DNA of 64,000 bases, taken from NCBI RefSeq assembly GCF_009914755.1, contig NC_060926.1; one strand, written 5' to 3'. This document shows, piece by piece, positions 11,481 through 27,078 of the stretch (the first letter of the stretch is position 1; every line of letters begins with the position of its first letter). The notes below the pieces were generated by a model. That model saw only the letters and a program-made list of their open reading frames with translations, searched no databases and was not told the origin of the DNA. Source of the stretch: the human T2T-CHM13v2.0 reference genome, Homo sapiens. Both the position numbers and the translations under genes were made by a program.

Positions 11481-14400
11481 TTTTTGTTTATTATTCTCTC
11501 AATAGCCCTCAATACATAAAATTAAATTATGGCAGAGTTATCTTTATTTCATAACCTACAACTTTTGCCCGTTAGGAGAGTTCAGGGCCTAAGGTGGCCC
11601 TCTTAATTCTGATGTATGCATTTATTTTCTTGCTGTGTATTGTGTTAGTTGTACTTCATTTCAGAAATTGGAAACAGAATGTGATGAGTGAGCTCTGAAT
11701 GCTGGAATTTAAGCTAGTATCCACAAGAGACATCTTGGAGGAGCTAGCAGAGATGCCCATTTGAAAATTAAATGTAATTCACTTTTTAGGTTTCCTTAGT
11801 TAAAAAAAAAATGACCTACACTTATAATTTGCCTACTTAGTTTTAAACTCAATGCTGTTCTAATGGTTTCATTTCCATTCTGTTACCTAAAATTTGAACT
11901 ACTTATTCTCTGTGTGGAAGACTTTTAGGGGATGTACTAAACCCTTGGAAAATTATATTAACTTCTTTAGATTTGGCTGGCTTTCTTCTTTCAAAATGAT
12001 GACTCTGCTTATGGTGGCATAATCCATATGAGCTGATGTGACTCTAAAATCCATAATGTAATTCATTTGTTTTCACCCTGGATTCATATATTGAGATGAA
12101 TTGGCTTCTCTGCAGATGTGTCTACATAGGATTGGCTTCCTAAACTGGTATTGACATCTATTATTTTTGTCAGTGTACTACTGTGGTACTGAACCTAATT
12201 AAATGAAAACTTTCAGTTTAGTAGAATTATCTGTTTAGCTGTGCATAGGATTCTCCTGGTGACAGTTGGGCTTGATGTTGTTTTGTTTTTAAATATAATG
12301 CATATTTCACAGCATTGTACAGAATCTCCAGAGCGTTTACACACATAGAGATTTATACATACGTAAACGTTCACAAAGAGACACTTCCATGTTTTAGACC
12401 AGACTATGATTATCAGCATATTCTAGTTCTGCATAAATTTTTCTAAAGAAATTTAGATAACATTCTTAGTATGTTCAGGTAGTTTCCTGGGCTAATAAAA
12501 GCTTAGTTTAAAACTGAACATGCCCACAAGTGTTCTTAAGTCAACACTGAACATGATATCTTTTTACAGATTGATTCTGCCATTTAGTGATGCAAAAATG
12601 ACTGCATATCTCATTATTAACTATAATTTAATCAGCTATTATTTTATATCAATAATGCCATCTTAGTAAACTTCTGGTCTGATAACACGCCTAATAGGTA
12701 CCAAAATTCAGGTTTTACAAAAGTATTCATTATTTGTCACTCTATCTGTTTATATGCATTAGTTTAAAGCTTTTATGACATAGAGTAGTGCTGTAAAGAT
12801 TCAATGAAAGATCCATTATGAATCCTTCCCTAAAGGGACGTGCAGTGTAATAGGGAAGATAACAAATGTAAAATATTTATTGTATGTGGTAGAAGGGCCT
12901 CAGTTCCTTATAGAGTGCCTGATACTCAGAAAACCAATTTTCTGTTTGGTCAATCAGGATTGGCTTACTTGGGACATGAAAGATGACAAGGATTTGGACA
13001 CAGTGAAATGAGATAGTATAGGGAAAGTCTTTCTACACCCTTTTAAAGTAAGTATGAGCCCAAACCTACATGCACAAAGACTCAGCGTTTTTGTGGAAAC
13101 AATGGGAGCTTTTTATTTTCATTGGAGCTTGGGTAATGGTGGTGAATAAGAATGAAACCTGACAGTGGTGCCAAACTAAGAAGAAAATTAATTCTAAGTG
13201 TAGATCCTTTGGCTAGCAGGATAGAGGTATTGAATAAATGCTGGTACTCTCTGCTCCTTTCTCTCTCCTCTCTTTCTCTGTCTCCTCCCATCCCGTCACT
13301 CTTTCTCTCTTCCCATCTTTAGGTTGTTAACCACTCAAATATTTTATTTTATCCTCGGTTTTCATACACTCAGCACCTATTATTGTAGGTGCTTAAAAAA
13401 TTTTGATGAATGAATGCTGAATAATTAAGGTTGAACTTTATAGATAGTGGAGAGGTAGAGTGTGTTTTAGAGCAGTAATTTGAGAAGCTGAACTTTCTAA
13501 AGAATATAGCTGGCATTACCGGGTAAAAAGAAACAGTGGAAAGAGCTCATACTGGAATTAGACTATCAGAGGGTGCTTTCCTGGTATGTGCCATTGATTT
13601 TGAAATCTGGCAGTTTATGTGAATCACTTGGGAGCTTTTCAGTATGGTTGAGTTCTAGGCCTTATTCTTTGGAGTTTATGATTGGGTAGATGTGGGGCGG
13701 TTCCAAGGATTTGGATTTTGATTGTGATATTTTGCCATGTCTGAGAACCACTGATGAAAGTGAGAAATAACAGAGGCCCGGCTTCATTTCTGTGTGGAAA
13801 TGGAGGGCAGGGAATGCACTTAAGAAATATTGCAGAGACATAGTTGAGTAAACTTGGGAATATATTTTTTCCCCATAGTAGGAAAGAATGAAAGCTGAAA
13901 CCAGGCTTTCAAACCATAAAACTGTGAAGATGGTGATATCATCAGTGAAGTAGTGGTGTTTCTTGGCACCTGACAAAGATGATCAAATGCACTTTGGATG
14001 GACAGAGAGTACGTGGAAGTAGGTTGAACACTAGTAGTTCTATCTAGCAGAGAATTCTACAGGAGCTTGGAAAAGAGGGCAGAACTGGAGATAAAGACTT
14101 CAAAGTTAATTATTATAAAGGAGGTTATAATAATAGTGGTGAAGATGATAAAATAATACTAACTATAACGAAAAAACTACCATTTATGTGCCAGGCTAGT
14201 GATAATAAATTCATATGTAACATGTCATATCATTTTTATAGAAACTCTGAAAAACACCCGATTTACAGAAAAAAAAAGTTGGGGCTCTTAGAAGTTAGTT
14301 TGCCTGTGATCAAACAGCTATTATGTATGATATGTATATTTAACATCTCTAGCGCCTGACTCACTTCTCCAAGAAAGTCTTTGTGCATTAGAAACAGAAC

Positions 14401-15249
14401 AGGGAAGAAACGTCAGCTACATTTTTTTTTTTTTTGACAATCTTAGTTAAAAGAGAAAATGACAACTTGGAGCAAGTGGCTTTTTAAACAGTATTAAATG
14501 CTTCAGAGAAGTAAATTAGTATCAAAACTTGGGAAAATCTACTGGCTTTGGTCATTAGGAGGTCATTAACAACCTTGGAGGTTAGAATTAAGTGAAATGG
14601 AGATGGAAAAAGATGAATTACAAGGCATTAGAAGTTTGTTTTCAGAGACCAGGAGAGATTGGGTGTAGCAGCTCTATTAGGTTGGTGGTGGTCATGGAAA
14701 GAATAAACAGGTGGCTGTGTTTGAATGTTCAGGGTGAAAATGTCCATACACTTAGAATATGGAAATAGCCTTGGAAGAATCTGGTTGTTAGACCACTTTA
14801 AAGTGTTATTGAAGTTGGCTTTAATTCAGGTTGCTGGCTTCTAAGAATAGGAAAAACAATAGGAGTATGTGGCAGGTGCAGAGGTTGGATAGATAATGAT
14901 GTGTCTCTCTATTGTATGCTATGGCCATTAGGAAGCAAAAGAGGATGGATATTAGAAAGGCAAAAGAATGTCTTTTCCTAGAAAAAGCAGATTTCTTAAG
15001 CCTCTAAATTTCAGAGAAAAGAGTATGAATATGTTAGGAAAAGCATATGAAATACCAAATGATCTAAAGAGCTACAGAAGCTGAGTTGTGAATATATCCT
15101 GGAAACGCCTTAGATCGAAGAAAATGTTCACCATCAGCTATTGACTCAACCTCAGAGATTGTCCATTTATGAAGAAGCATCCCAGATTTCACCTAGTATT
15201 AATAATTCCTGAGATTTTTGTTCTAAATTGTATCATTTTAATAATACTT

Positions 15250-16670
15250 TTACATTTTAATTGAAATATAATTAACATACCATAAAATTCACCCTTTTAA
15301 AGTGTACAATATAGTGGTTTCTAGAATATTTGCAAGGTTGTGGAACTATCACCACTATCTAATTCCAGAATATTTTCCTTACCCCCAAAAGAAACCCCAT
15401 ACATAATAGCAATCATTCTCCAATTTTCTCATCTCTAGGCTTACTGTCTGCACAGTGTTTCCACAGATTTGCTTATTGTCGACATGTTATGTAAACTGAA
15501 TTATATAATATATGACCTTTGTGCCTGGCTTCTTTCCTTTAGCCTCCTATTTTTGAGGCTCATCAATGTTGTAGCATTTATAAATATTTCATTTCGTTTT
15601 ATGGCTGAATAATATGCTATTTTATGCATATACCACATTTTGTTTATCCATTCATCCCTTGATGGGCATTTGGGTGTTTCTACTTTTTGTCAATCATGAA
15701 TAATGCTACTATGAGCATTAGTACACAAGTTTTCTTTTATGAACATATGTTTTCATTTCTCTTGGTATGTATAGTCCACCAAGGAGTGGAATCGTTTAGT
15801 TGCATGGTAACGCTAAGTTCAATTTTTTGAGCAACTTGCCAAATTATTTTCTAATACTACTGCACCATTTTTCTTTCCCTCCAGCAGTATGAAGATTCCA
15901 GTTTCTCCACATCTTTGCTAATTCTTGTTGTTTTTTTATCTTTGTGATTATAGCCATGGTAGTGAGTGTGAAGTGGTATCTTCTTGTGGAGATACCACAT
16001 GTCTAATGATTTTAGAGATGTGCATTTTTCTAGTATGACTCATGATGTTGAGCATCTTTTCATGTACTTGGTGGCCCTCATATAGCTTCTTTGGAGAAAT
16101 ATCTATTCAGATCTTTGCCCATCTTGGGCTATTTGCATTTGTCTTTTTATTATTGAGTTATAATAGTTTTTTATATATTCTGGATATTAGAGTCTTACTA
16201 GATATATGATTTGAAAAAATTTTCTTCCATTCTGTGAAATGTCTTTTCAGTTTTTTGATGGTGTGCTTTGAAGCACAAAAGTTTTTAATTTTGAGGAAGT
16301 CAAATGTATTTGTTTTTATTTTGGTTTCTTGCTCTTCTGGTGTCATATCTAAGAAATGATTGCCTAATCCAAAAGCACACATATTTATGCCTGTATTTTC
16401 TTCTGAGAGTTTTCTAGTTTTTACTTCTATATTTATAGATTTTTGATCAATTTTTAGTTAATTTTCATATATGGTAGGCATCCAACTACATTCTTTTGTA
16501 TGTGGATAGCCAATTGTTTCAACACTATCTTCAAAGATCCATTGATAGAAATGTAAGGGTTATTTGGGGAATCTTAATTCTATTCTATTAATCAAAATGT
16601 CTGTGTGTCTATCCTTATATCATTATTAGACTGTTTTGATTACAGTAGCTTTGTGGTAAATTTTGAAATA
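15250..16670 (-). mobile_element. L1MB-type LINE-1 3' fragment
   Basis: 3' end ttgaaatataattaacataccataaaattcacccttttaaagtgtacaat. ORF 16158-16382 (LGNHFLDMTP..DFLKIKNFCASKHTIK) is the ORF2 C-terminal region. Confidence 0.85.
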
Positions 16671-17494
16671 ACTCTTTTATTCTTAACTACTATAACATTT
16701 ATGGTTGCCATTTTAAAGTTTGTGTTTTTAAAATAATGTAGTTAGGTAAATTTATTTGTTCATTTATGTTCTTAGTTAATCATCTTGACTGAAAATTTAC
16801 TTGATAGGGTTTTTTAGCCTCTAATTTCTCTGAATGGAGACAGAGGAAAAGTGCCTAGCTGCCTACAATCTGTTTGAACAGAAATTGACGACTGAGATTA
16901 TACAAATTCTAGAAAAAATAAAACATTACCCAGCATTTCGCATCTACAATTTGAATATTATTGCTGCTAATTATACTCTAAAAGTTATTTTAACTTTAAC
17001 ATTTATAGAAACACGTGTGTAGCATGAAAAGAAATGCTTTGGGTATATATTGTATTTCTAGCCACACTCATGCAATTATGCAAATGTGAAACTTGCTCTG
17101 TTGAACAGCATGATATCACTTTACTTTTTATTAATTTGAAAGAATACATCTAGATAAATTGGAGTTAGATGTTAAAAAAAGCTGAGTGTTGTTGCTAAAC
17201 TTGGGTGTGTGTGTGTATGTCTGTGTGTGTCTGTGTGTGACAGAGATAAAGAGAGAAAAGAATACTAATGAAACTTATTTTCTAATATATTCCTCTTTTC
17301 TAAGATAGGAATGTGAATATAAAATATGCAAACAATATATGCACTGTCTAACCAAGAAGGTGTGTATTCATGGCATTATGATAGCTAAAGTATAAACGTA
17401 GCTGACATGATCCAATATGTGATTCATAATGTTTTACAGACAATATTTTGTTAGGCATTTGGAAAAAGGAAAACACCTAATAATAAAGATGTGT

Positions 17495-17518
17495 ATATAT
17501 ATATATATATATATATAT
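17495..17518. repeat. (TA)n microsatellite
   Basis: Direct sequence. Confidence 0.9.
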
Positions 17519-19369
17519 TCCTTCATTCTCTCAGTACTATTTTCTATTTGATGTGCATATGATACATTTATAAATGCATATACTTACATAAAAAAGTATT
17601 TATATAATTTATGATGGGATTCAGGGTTTTTTGGTCCAGATAGACATCCACCAAGCTCTAGGTAATAACATAACCTTTGTCTCCTTAGGACAAAAAGTGA
17701 CTTTTCAAAAACAAAAGTTGTGTTTTATACATGATAATCAGGACAATACACTATAGTTAGTTGTTTCTCTTTCAGGTTCACTGTATAGGGAAAGGCATAT
17801 TAACACTACTTAGATTGCGTCCCTTTCTCTCAACATCATTGCTTGTCTCTAATGGGCTGCCATCTCCAGTCCACATGTAGGAGTTTGGGTGGGGCAGGTT
17901 CCATATTTGGTCAAAACAATCTTATTTTACTCATGTGGAACATAGACATATAAAATTTTATGCTAATTATGCAAATATTATTTTCATGTATAATTTATGA
18001 ATGTTTTGAAAATCCTCTGTAAAGTGTGGAAAATGTTTTGAATTGCATACTGTTCTTTAAGCTAACTCATAATTATGTTATGTGGAACTTACCAAGTATA
18101 CTAGTGCAGCATGTATTTAGTTTTCATTAATTTGGAAAAAACATACTTTGCTACATTGTACATTTGTCATTCAAAGTCGTTATAACAAATGCCATTAAAG
18201 GCTAGATTGCCTGGTATGTTAATGGTCCCAGGTTACATTGTTTGTTGGCATAGGGCCTGGTCATTGCTCTTTTCCATCCTCATAATGGAGACCATCTCCA
18301 GGATGCATTACTGGAGCCTGGTCTGACCTGAGGGCACCAATGGAGATGGAGATGGCACAAGAAGCATTCCTTTTCCACCATCCCAGTTTGGCTGTGCCAC
18401 ACGTGGGTTTGCGTATCACCTACTTTCAGCATTACCAAAATAGGAATGCAGCTGCCTTCGTTACAGGGAGGTGATAAAAACCGCATGCTGAGCTGATATT
18501 GTAAAGAACATCCTATTAAATTTCATTGTATTGTTTTTGTTATATACTTTTAAAGATTTTTAAAATATATTATTTTAAAAATTAATATTTTAAATTTAAA
18601 ATTTAAATTAATATTATTTTTTAAAGTATATTATATATTTTTGAAATAAATGTCAATGGGAAACTCAGGTCCTAACTCTGTGCTATTTAATATTCCATGA
18701 TATAACTGCGTATTAGTGGAACGCTGTCTCTAAAAGGTGAACTAATAATAGTCACTGCTTATTGATATATTTTTACAGAGGTTCCTTAGGAGACAGAATA
18801 TTTTAAGCTGGTAGTGGTGAAGATGATTGAATTTTCTTTTTAAATGGAGGGGGCTTACGCATTCTTAGCTTATTTTAGAAATCCTACTCTGGGGATCATG
18901 CACATTTGCATTGAATTCCATGGCATAAAAAGGAAGTTAATTCACACCTTTTCACACTAGTCTAGTTTATAACACCTTTGTAGCACACATTAAAATTTTT
19001 TAAATTGGTGAACTCACATTTTTTTCTCAAGTGTGCCTGAATTTGGTTTATTATGTGTGGCAAAGAGTAGAAAGAATATATGTCATACTTTGCTTTTTCT
19101 GAAGTTATGCCGTATCCTGAAGTTATATTTTTCTTCTTCTTCTTTCGCTCTGGGATTCCAGCTTCATGCTAGTGCTATTAAGAGCTATTAGCATATAGGT
19201 CCTTCAGTCCTTTCATATATTTATTTCAGTTATTTTAATTAAGCACTGTTTTATTTACTTGCGTTCTGTTTATTTTCTGCCTCTCTCAGTGAAATAGTAA
19301 ACTCCATAAGGGTATGGACTTGCAGTAATCATAAAGGATATAACAGAACATATTAAAATGTAAATATTT

Positions 19370-20470
19370 TTGGGCAGTTGGGGAGAGCAAGGATTTAAGT
19401 GAGGGAATGACTTGATTGGATTTACATTTTAATTTTGGAAATGATCTTGATGGTCTGGTGGTGGTGGTGTTGTAGGACTTTCTCCTTAGCTAAAAGCCGG
19501 GTTGTCACACGATCATGAAATATTTGGCTTGCAGACCCTTTGAAGGGTGAGAAAAATTGAATTTATTGGGTGAAAAGGAAAAAAAAAAGGAAACAGGGAC
19601 TCTCAGCAAAGCGAGAGTCCTCCTAGCTGGTTTCCCACCTCAGGTTGAATCTCAGGTACTATCCAGGAAGAGGAGGGGCCAGACTCCTCCCCACTGCAAA
19701 TGGACGAACTTCCTGAGGCCCCACCCCAGTGCACACTCCTCTCTCAGTGTGCGGTCCAGTCAGAAGTTCTCCAGGGACCCCTTTATACTTGGCTGTCTCA
19801 GTGAGAGCATGTCTGGGCAGGAAGAAGACTTAGAAAGTTGATGCAGTAAGAGATGATGGCCTGATTTAGGATATTGGTGGTAGGCTGGAAACTCGCAGAA
19901 GTATTTAAGCAATTATTCAGGAGGTAGATAGAACCTTTGAGGCTTGGTGCTTCACTCATGCTAGTGGTAAGTGAAAAGAAGAGTCAAGGTTATTCTCAGG
20001 CTTTGTGCAATTGTTGAAGTCATACAGGAGGAGAAATGGTTATTTTGTATAGTAAACAAGTAACTCAGTTACAAATTTGTTTCATGTGAGGTTCTTGAAA
20101 GCTTTCAAGAAGAAACATACAGGAGGTTGTTGGAGATAGGAATTTAGAGCTCAGTGGAGAGATCTCTGCGTGTTTAGGTTTATTGATGCATAAATGGTTA
20201 TTGAGACCATAGTAAAAGAGATTTTCCAGGAAAAATATAGACAGAATAGGGGATTAAGACTAGAGCCCTGAGGATCTTTAACATACATAGAATAAGCAGA
20301 TGAAACAGCCCGAAAAGACAAAATGAAGGAGTAGCCACAAAGATATGCAGTGAACCAGGTGAGTGGGGTGCCCTGAGAATGTATCCAGAAGTCTGTGGGC
20401 AATGGTGCCAGATAATACAGAAGAAGCAAGCAGGAGAAGAACTAAAAGATACCTATTAAATATTAATTGA
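19370..20470 (-). mobile_element. L2 LINE fossil, interrupted by MER61 LTR
   Basis: ggatttaagtgagggaatgacttgattggatttacatttt; agagatgatggcctgatttagg; ttggagataggaatttagagctcagtggagagatct. Confidence 0.65.
19471..19800 (-). mobile_element. MER61-family ERV1 solo LTR
   Basis: The - strand starts TGAGACAGCCAAGTATAAAGGGGTCCCTGGAGAAC, has an internal AATAAA and ends ..GTCCTACA. TSD gtgt/gtga. Confidence 0.75.
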
Positions 20471-22627
20471 AACAACATTTGTCTAGGGTCTATTATGTGA
20501 ATGTGGTCTTCAAACAGTTCCATAATGCCAGCTACCAGCTTTCAAAGTATTTCATGAAAAAGTTACCACCATTAATTCCTGATAACCTAATCCAGATTGT
20601 GCCTTCTGACCTTTTCCAACTTTGAAAGTTTGAAGCCACAAAGAAAGACCTTTCCCATGTTGCAGGAGCAAAATAAATAAAGGAAGCTTTTCTTTATTTA
20701 GATCCAAATGCATGATTTATAAAAAACACTCTTTGTTATGAAAAATGATTTCATTAAGAGAAAAATGGAAATTTTTTTAATGTTGCCAAACAAAGTGGCT
20801 CTCCACTATTATTTTCAGGGAAGTCAAATATATTGCATATTGAAATTGTATATTGATATGCAGATACCCAAAAGATGAAATGCTGACACACTCAGCTGGT
20901 TTCTTTCATTTTACTTTCTTGTTGTTGGCTCTGCACCTAGGGAGGCAGTCATATGAGATAATTATGATTATTTGAGTGAAAGAAAATACAATACTTTTTA
21001 TAAAATGATGAAAAAATGTAACTGGAAAAACTCTAGGAAAAAATGAAAGTCCAATTATAATATTATTTTCTTATCTTTTTTTGGGTACTCAGTTTCAATT
21101 TATATGTGCCCGGTGTGATAATATGAAATACCTTTTGAGTTATACTCTCTTTTGAAATTGAATCCTACTTTAACTTCTTGTTGCTAGAATTCCTTCTATA
21201 TTTACAACTCTCATTAACAGTATATGTTAAAACAGATATGGCATCTTTATGATTTAATCAATGAAACTCATGATAAAATATCAAATGTTCAACGTTGACA
21301 AGAACGTAAATGAAAACAAGATACTAGACCCAACAAATACACATTTGGGTAAACATATAGAGAAAGCATAACACATTCAATAAAGTAGATACTTTAACAA
21401 CTGCCACTGAGGAAGTAAATGATTCTCTTGGTAGAAGAGAAAATTAAGTTGGAAGAAGGAAATGTATTTGACTTAAATACCTTAACAAGGAACTCAACGA
21501 GCTTTGTGATTGCATGAGGGCAATTTAATGAAGTCCTGTGGTTCCTTTGCTGTTGTTGTTGAAGTTGTTGTCATTTGTAATGTGATCTCTTTGCCTAATG
21601 GATTTTATCTCTTCTTTTCTTCAAAAGATGGAATTTTCCTTGATTTTTAAAATAAATCTTAAACTGGCACTTTTAGCTATTTGTAATGTATTTTATCTAT
21701 TTCTACATTTACTAGATATGAGACTTAATATGACTAATGCTGAGTAGTCTCTTTGACTTCACCTGAGTAAGCCTTTGAGATTCACATTTTATGCCATTGC
21801 TCCAACAGGAAGACCCTTCTACCTAGACTACCCTTCCCTTATTTTTCTTTCATATTTCTGCCCAAATATGTAAGGGCCAACTCAACTGTTGTTGTTCTTG
21901 TATAGCCTTCACCTCTCATCCCAGTCAAAATGAGTTTCACCTTCCTCTTTATTCTGGTTTGATGACCCTTCCTCCCCATACAAGTAGAAGCAGCAATGTT
22001 AGATGAGTTCCCTGGAGTTGCAGCCTGAGATTGGGTGGGCATTGCTTGTGTTGAGACCAGAGAAGGTAGAGCCAAGGGATGTATTCCACAATACAGCATA
22101 GTGGGAAAGAGCCAAACTCGGATAATGAATCATCAACTTGAATGGTTAAAATTTCAGGGACCATCCAAACTGGAGGCTCTAATCAGGAAAAAATGGTTTG
22201 AAATTGAGGGAGAAAGTTGGTACCTGAAGACAAATTACTGAGCCAGAGAAGACTGGACTATTTTTAGAGAATGCCTGCAGACTTGGCAGGGCAGAAGGTA
22301 GACATTGAAGACCTTGACCACAGGAGGACACCGAATCTTTGTTTAATTCATCATGTAACACTTATTACAGTATTTCACCATGGATTGTAGGTTGGTAAAT
22401 TTTTTTCTCACCTGGTATATTGCCAATGTCTCCAAAGTCATGTTTTCAGTGTTCTCTCCTTTGTATCTATTCCCCAAGCAGTATAATGTCTGGCACATCG
22501 TAAGTGCTAAATAAATATTATTTCAGAGTTATTCTTATTATGTAAATTTATAGCTAACTCTTATTCTGAACTGTACTTTCCTGTACATGCCCCCAGTGAA
22601 GTTTAGTCATAATTTCCCATTTTTTCA

Positions 22628-22961
<334 letters not shown>

Positions 22962-23023
22962 AAAAGAACCTTCAGGTTTATAATTAAAGAATTCATGATG
23001 AAATAAAAAACAATATTTCATTA

Positions 23024-23364
<341 letters not shown>

Positions 23365-26300
23365 TGACATAATATTAACGTTTCTATTTTTATATGAAGA
23401 AGTCTATTTAATCATTCATTGATTTATTTTTTCAAATCACTTCTTACTGTGTCTTGAGAATTTTACAGAAAACACTATTATTGCTTCTTTCACCAGCCAG
23501 AAGAGAAAGCATGATTGTGTTAGGTAGCGTGACAGGTGAATGCACAGTGAATGACAGGAGTCCTTGTGGGAGTAGCTGTTCTCTCAGGGAGAGGTTAAGG
23601 AGTCCATTTTAGCTAAGTAGATGAATGAACAGGGTCGGCTGGGGGGTCTTGAGGTATGAATGCATACGGCTATAAGGGAAATGGTTCAGTAGCTGAATGT
23701 CCTGAGGACTGAGAAACGATGGAAGATAGTAAATGCAGAGAGGGGACAGGTCATGAAAACATGCCATACTAAACAGTTTGAGTTTTATTCTTTGCCTTGA
23801 GAAACACTGAAGGATATATGAAGGGATTCAGGTACCTTTCTTGTATTCTTTGCTGCTTTACCTTCTACTTAATTTTTGATTTCCAACTCACAGGTGCTAG
23901 TAGGATCTGTCAGGTCTTACCACAGCAGCAATGTAGGACTTGATACCAGCGCCAAAAATGTAACTACCAAAGTCACTTAAGTGTGGTATTTGCACTGGAA
24001 ACTCTATTTCCCCATTTAATAACTCCTTTGGCATATTTGAATTCAGTGTCAGATTTAAAACATATGTAGGCTCAGGCTTTACTTTTTTAAGTAAGTTAAA
24101 TATAAAATATTACAAATACTTTTTATGCCAAATCTCTTTGGAAATTGAATGTACTGATATTTATTGTGGAGATACCTCAGCCATACATTCTAAAAGCTAA
24201 ACTAACATAGCTAAACTAAAATGTGACTGTGGTCTATTATGACTAATTTATTTGCAATTGTGTCCTCCTGAATGCAGTAAATAGAAATCATTATGAACAG
24301 TCCTCATAGTACAACAGCATTACCTTATAATATTTAGAGAATTTATTCTATATCTTGACTCCTTAATGTCTTAAACCAGAACTTCAATGTGGTGAATAAA
24401 TTTGTATCCACATGCATCAATTATATTGCAATTACGGTAGATGGATTTCTCAGTAACCCTAAAGAGATGGATTTCTAAGTTACCCACTGTAATATATTAT
24501 TTCTTGAAAAGCTTTCAGGAATATAACTTCATCACTGTCTCCAGTGGACCAGGTCAGTGTTTTATTCCTCTTGCAGCCAGTTTTCTCTCTGATAATATAG
24601 CTAGTTTCTCTTATGTATCTTTTGGGAAAGCTCTTAAAATCACAGTCTCAGGTGTTTAGCAGGTGCCTAGAAATGATTTTTTTCTTTAAACATTTCTGGG
24701 ATATATGATGAAATATTCTTGATGGACCCTTTGTAAATGTGGAAAAGAATTTCTTCCAAATGATTGTTGTTTACAAATTGTTGTCATCCAATTTAGATAA
24801 GGGAATTAAGAATCTGTACATGAAATTTGCCGATTGTAACCTATCAGCATAGGAGATTATGACAGTACTTGTATATCACACTAGGAATAATTGACACTAG
24901 GTTTAGAATTCAGAACACTTTTATAAAGAGGAAAAAAGATGAGAAACTCATTTTATTGGGGGTATTCAGAAAACTATACTTTAGAATAACATTTAGCTAT
25001 AAATTTACAAAATGAGGATAGCCCACTATGTGTTTACTAAATTAAAAAAAGAAAACAGATTCAGAGATCATTGCAGAGGAAAATAGAGCATGAATTAGTC
25101 AGCTCTTTTCTATGGCATGAAATATGTAGATTAAATGTCATACAGAGTTACAAATACAATGAAATAATATACTCCTGCCCTCAGGAGACCACAGCAGAGA
25201 AAATGTAAATATGAAACATCCAAACTCCAAAGTATGTATATTGTTTACATTCATATGCCAAAGTGATGTGCCTGCTATTGAGTTCTGTGCCTGTGTGGCT
25301 TCTTGAAAAGACCAAATGTTTGCAATATTTTATATCTGCAGTGATAACAACCCAATTTGTTTTCTTCTGAACTATCTCTTTGATGAATAGCCTAGAAAAA
25401 TGTGGTTCACTAAATCATTAGAAGCACTGATTCTGGAGGATTATGCATCATAGTATGCTACTTGGTTTTTTGGCTTAAATTATTTCAACATGGTAAAAGG
25501 AAATGGGCCTGTTTTCCATTTCTCATTTGGAATGGTCAGTAACAAGTGTCTTACCTTGGAAATTGTATCTATCATTCTTGTAGTCACCCACACTTTTGTA
25601 CTTGGCTCCCCACCATCCCAACCATCTGTTACAATGAATTATAATTTCAGAACAGGAAAGGGACTATAGTTAATTGTCTTCTGAGATATGAATCCCCTTT
25701 AAATGATCCCTGATAGATACCCAGAGTGTGCTGTCAATACCTGGAATGACAGGGAGCATCCTAAGTCCTTTCAAATCTTGCTTCCTGCTATTTTCTTTGT
25801 TCCTTTCTTTTTGTCTTTTCAGCTTTTAAACTGATATTGATAATTATCATGCCTGGATGTCTGCATATAGCTTCCTAACTGATCTTTCTTCTCCATTTTT
25901 TTCCCCTGGAATATCTTGACACCACACTTTAACTAAAATTCCAAAAACACTTTGGTCATATTCCTACCTTAATCAGAAACCTTCAATAATTCCCCATAGC
26001 CTGCAGGATACAGTCAGAACTCATTAACTTGAGTTAATCTGGTCCCAACATGTTTAACTTCACCTTTCAGCTTCCTCAGCCATTTACTTGGCCTTAGTTG
26101 ATCTACTCACTTTTATTGAAATTATATTGTTTTTTCTTGTTCAATGCTTTTGGAGATGCTATTTCCCTTACCTTTCCCTCTTTCACTATGACCACCTTCT
26201 TATTTTAGTACTGTCTATACTTGAAGACCCTAGTCAGTCCTTCTTTTTGGTAGCTGCCTGCAGAACACTGCCCATACTGTGATGTCTTTGTTTTCTGAAC

Positions 26301-26473
26301 TCCCAGCGTGCCCATTTTCGGCCTCATTGATTTGGTGCTTAATTATGAGCTGAATTGTGACAGTTTTTGTATTGTTTTATTGAACTTTAGTTTATCTTTT
26401 GTATTGACGTTTAATTTTTCACACTTTTTAACTTGGCTGTCTTCCAGTAATTTTATGAGATGGCATGATAAAG

Positions 26474-26678
26474 CAGATGGTTTTCAAGTAGTATTCAACC
26501 AACCTTGAGCGATTTCTGTACGTCTTGCTGGGGAAGGGAAAGGGAGTGGACTGAGACTTGTGGTCTCCACCAGCTTCAAGCAGAACATCTCTGCTTTGAT
26601 TTTCGTTTTATACTGAACTTCTGTATTTGATTATTTTTGAGAAAAATAAGTTAAGCTGAAAATGTTTGAAAACTATAG
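26474..26678. mobile_element. hAT-Charlie MITE (MER112-like)
   Basis: Termini cagatggttttcaa..tttgaaaactatag; internal gcttcaagcagaacatctctgctttgat. Confidence 0.5.
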
Positions 26679-26785
26679 ATGTGGAGGAGAAGAACCTGGA
26701 CTTGGAATAAAGGTACTTGGGTTTTATTTCTGGCTCTGCTCCTTGCTGCCCTGGGCTTTAGTTTCCTCATTTAAAAAAAATTATA

Positions 26786-27078
26786 AGCCAGGTGCAGTGG
26801 CTCACTCCTGTAATCCCAACACTCTCTGGGAGGCCGAGGCGGGCAGATCACTTGAGGTCAGGAGTTTGAGACCAGCCTGGCAAACATGGCAAAATCCTGT
26901 CTCTACTAAAAATACAAAAATTAGCCATGCGTGGTGGCCCACGCCTGTAGTCCCAGCTATTCAGGAGCCTGAGGCACTAGAATCACTTGAACCTAAGAGG
27001 TGGAGGTTGCAGTGAACCAAGATCGCGCTGCTGCATTCCAGCGTGGGTGACACACTAAGACTTTGTTTAAAAAAACAA
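26786..27078 (+). mobile_element. AluS inserted in a MIR
   Basis: Alu dimer; TSD aaaaattataa. Confidence 0.95.

Noticed and set aside
19805-19814. p53 half-site GAGCATGTCT beside the MER61 LTR
   Set aside because: Only one decamer, outside the LTR, with no partner half-site.
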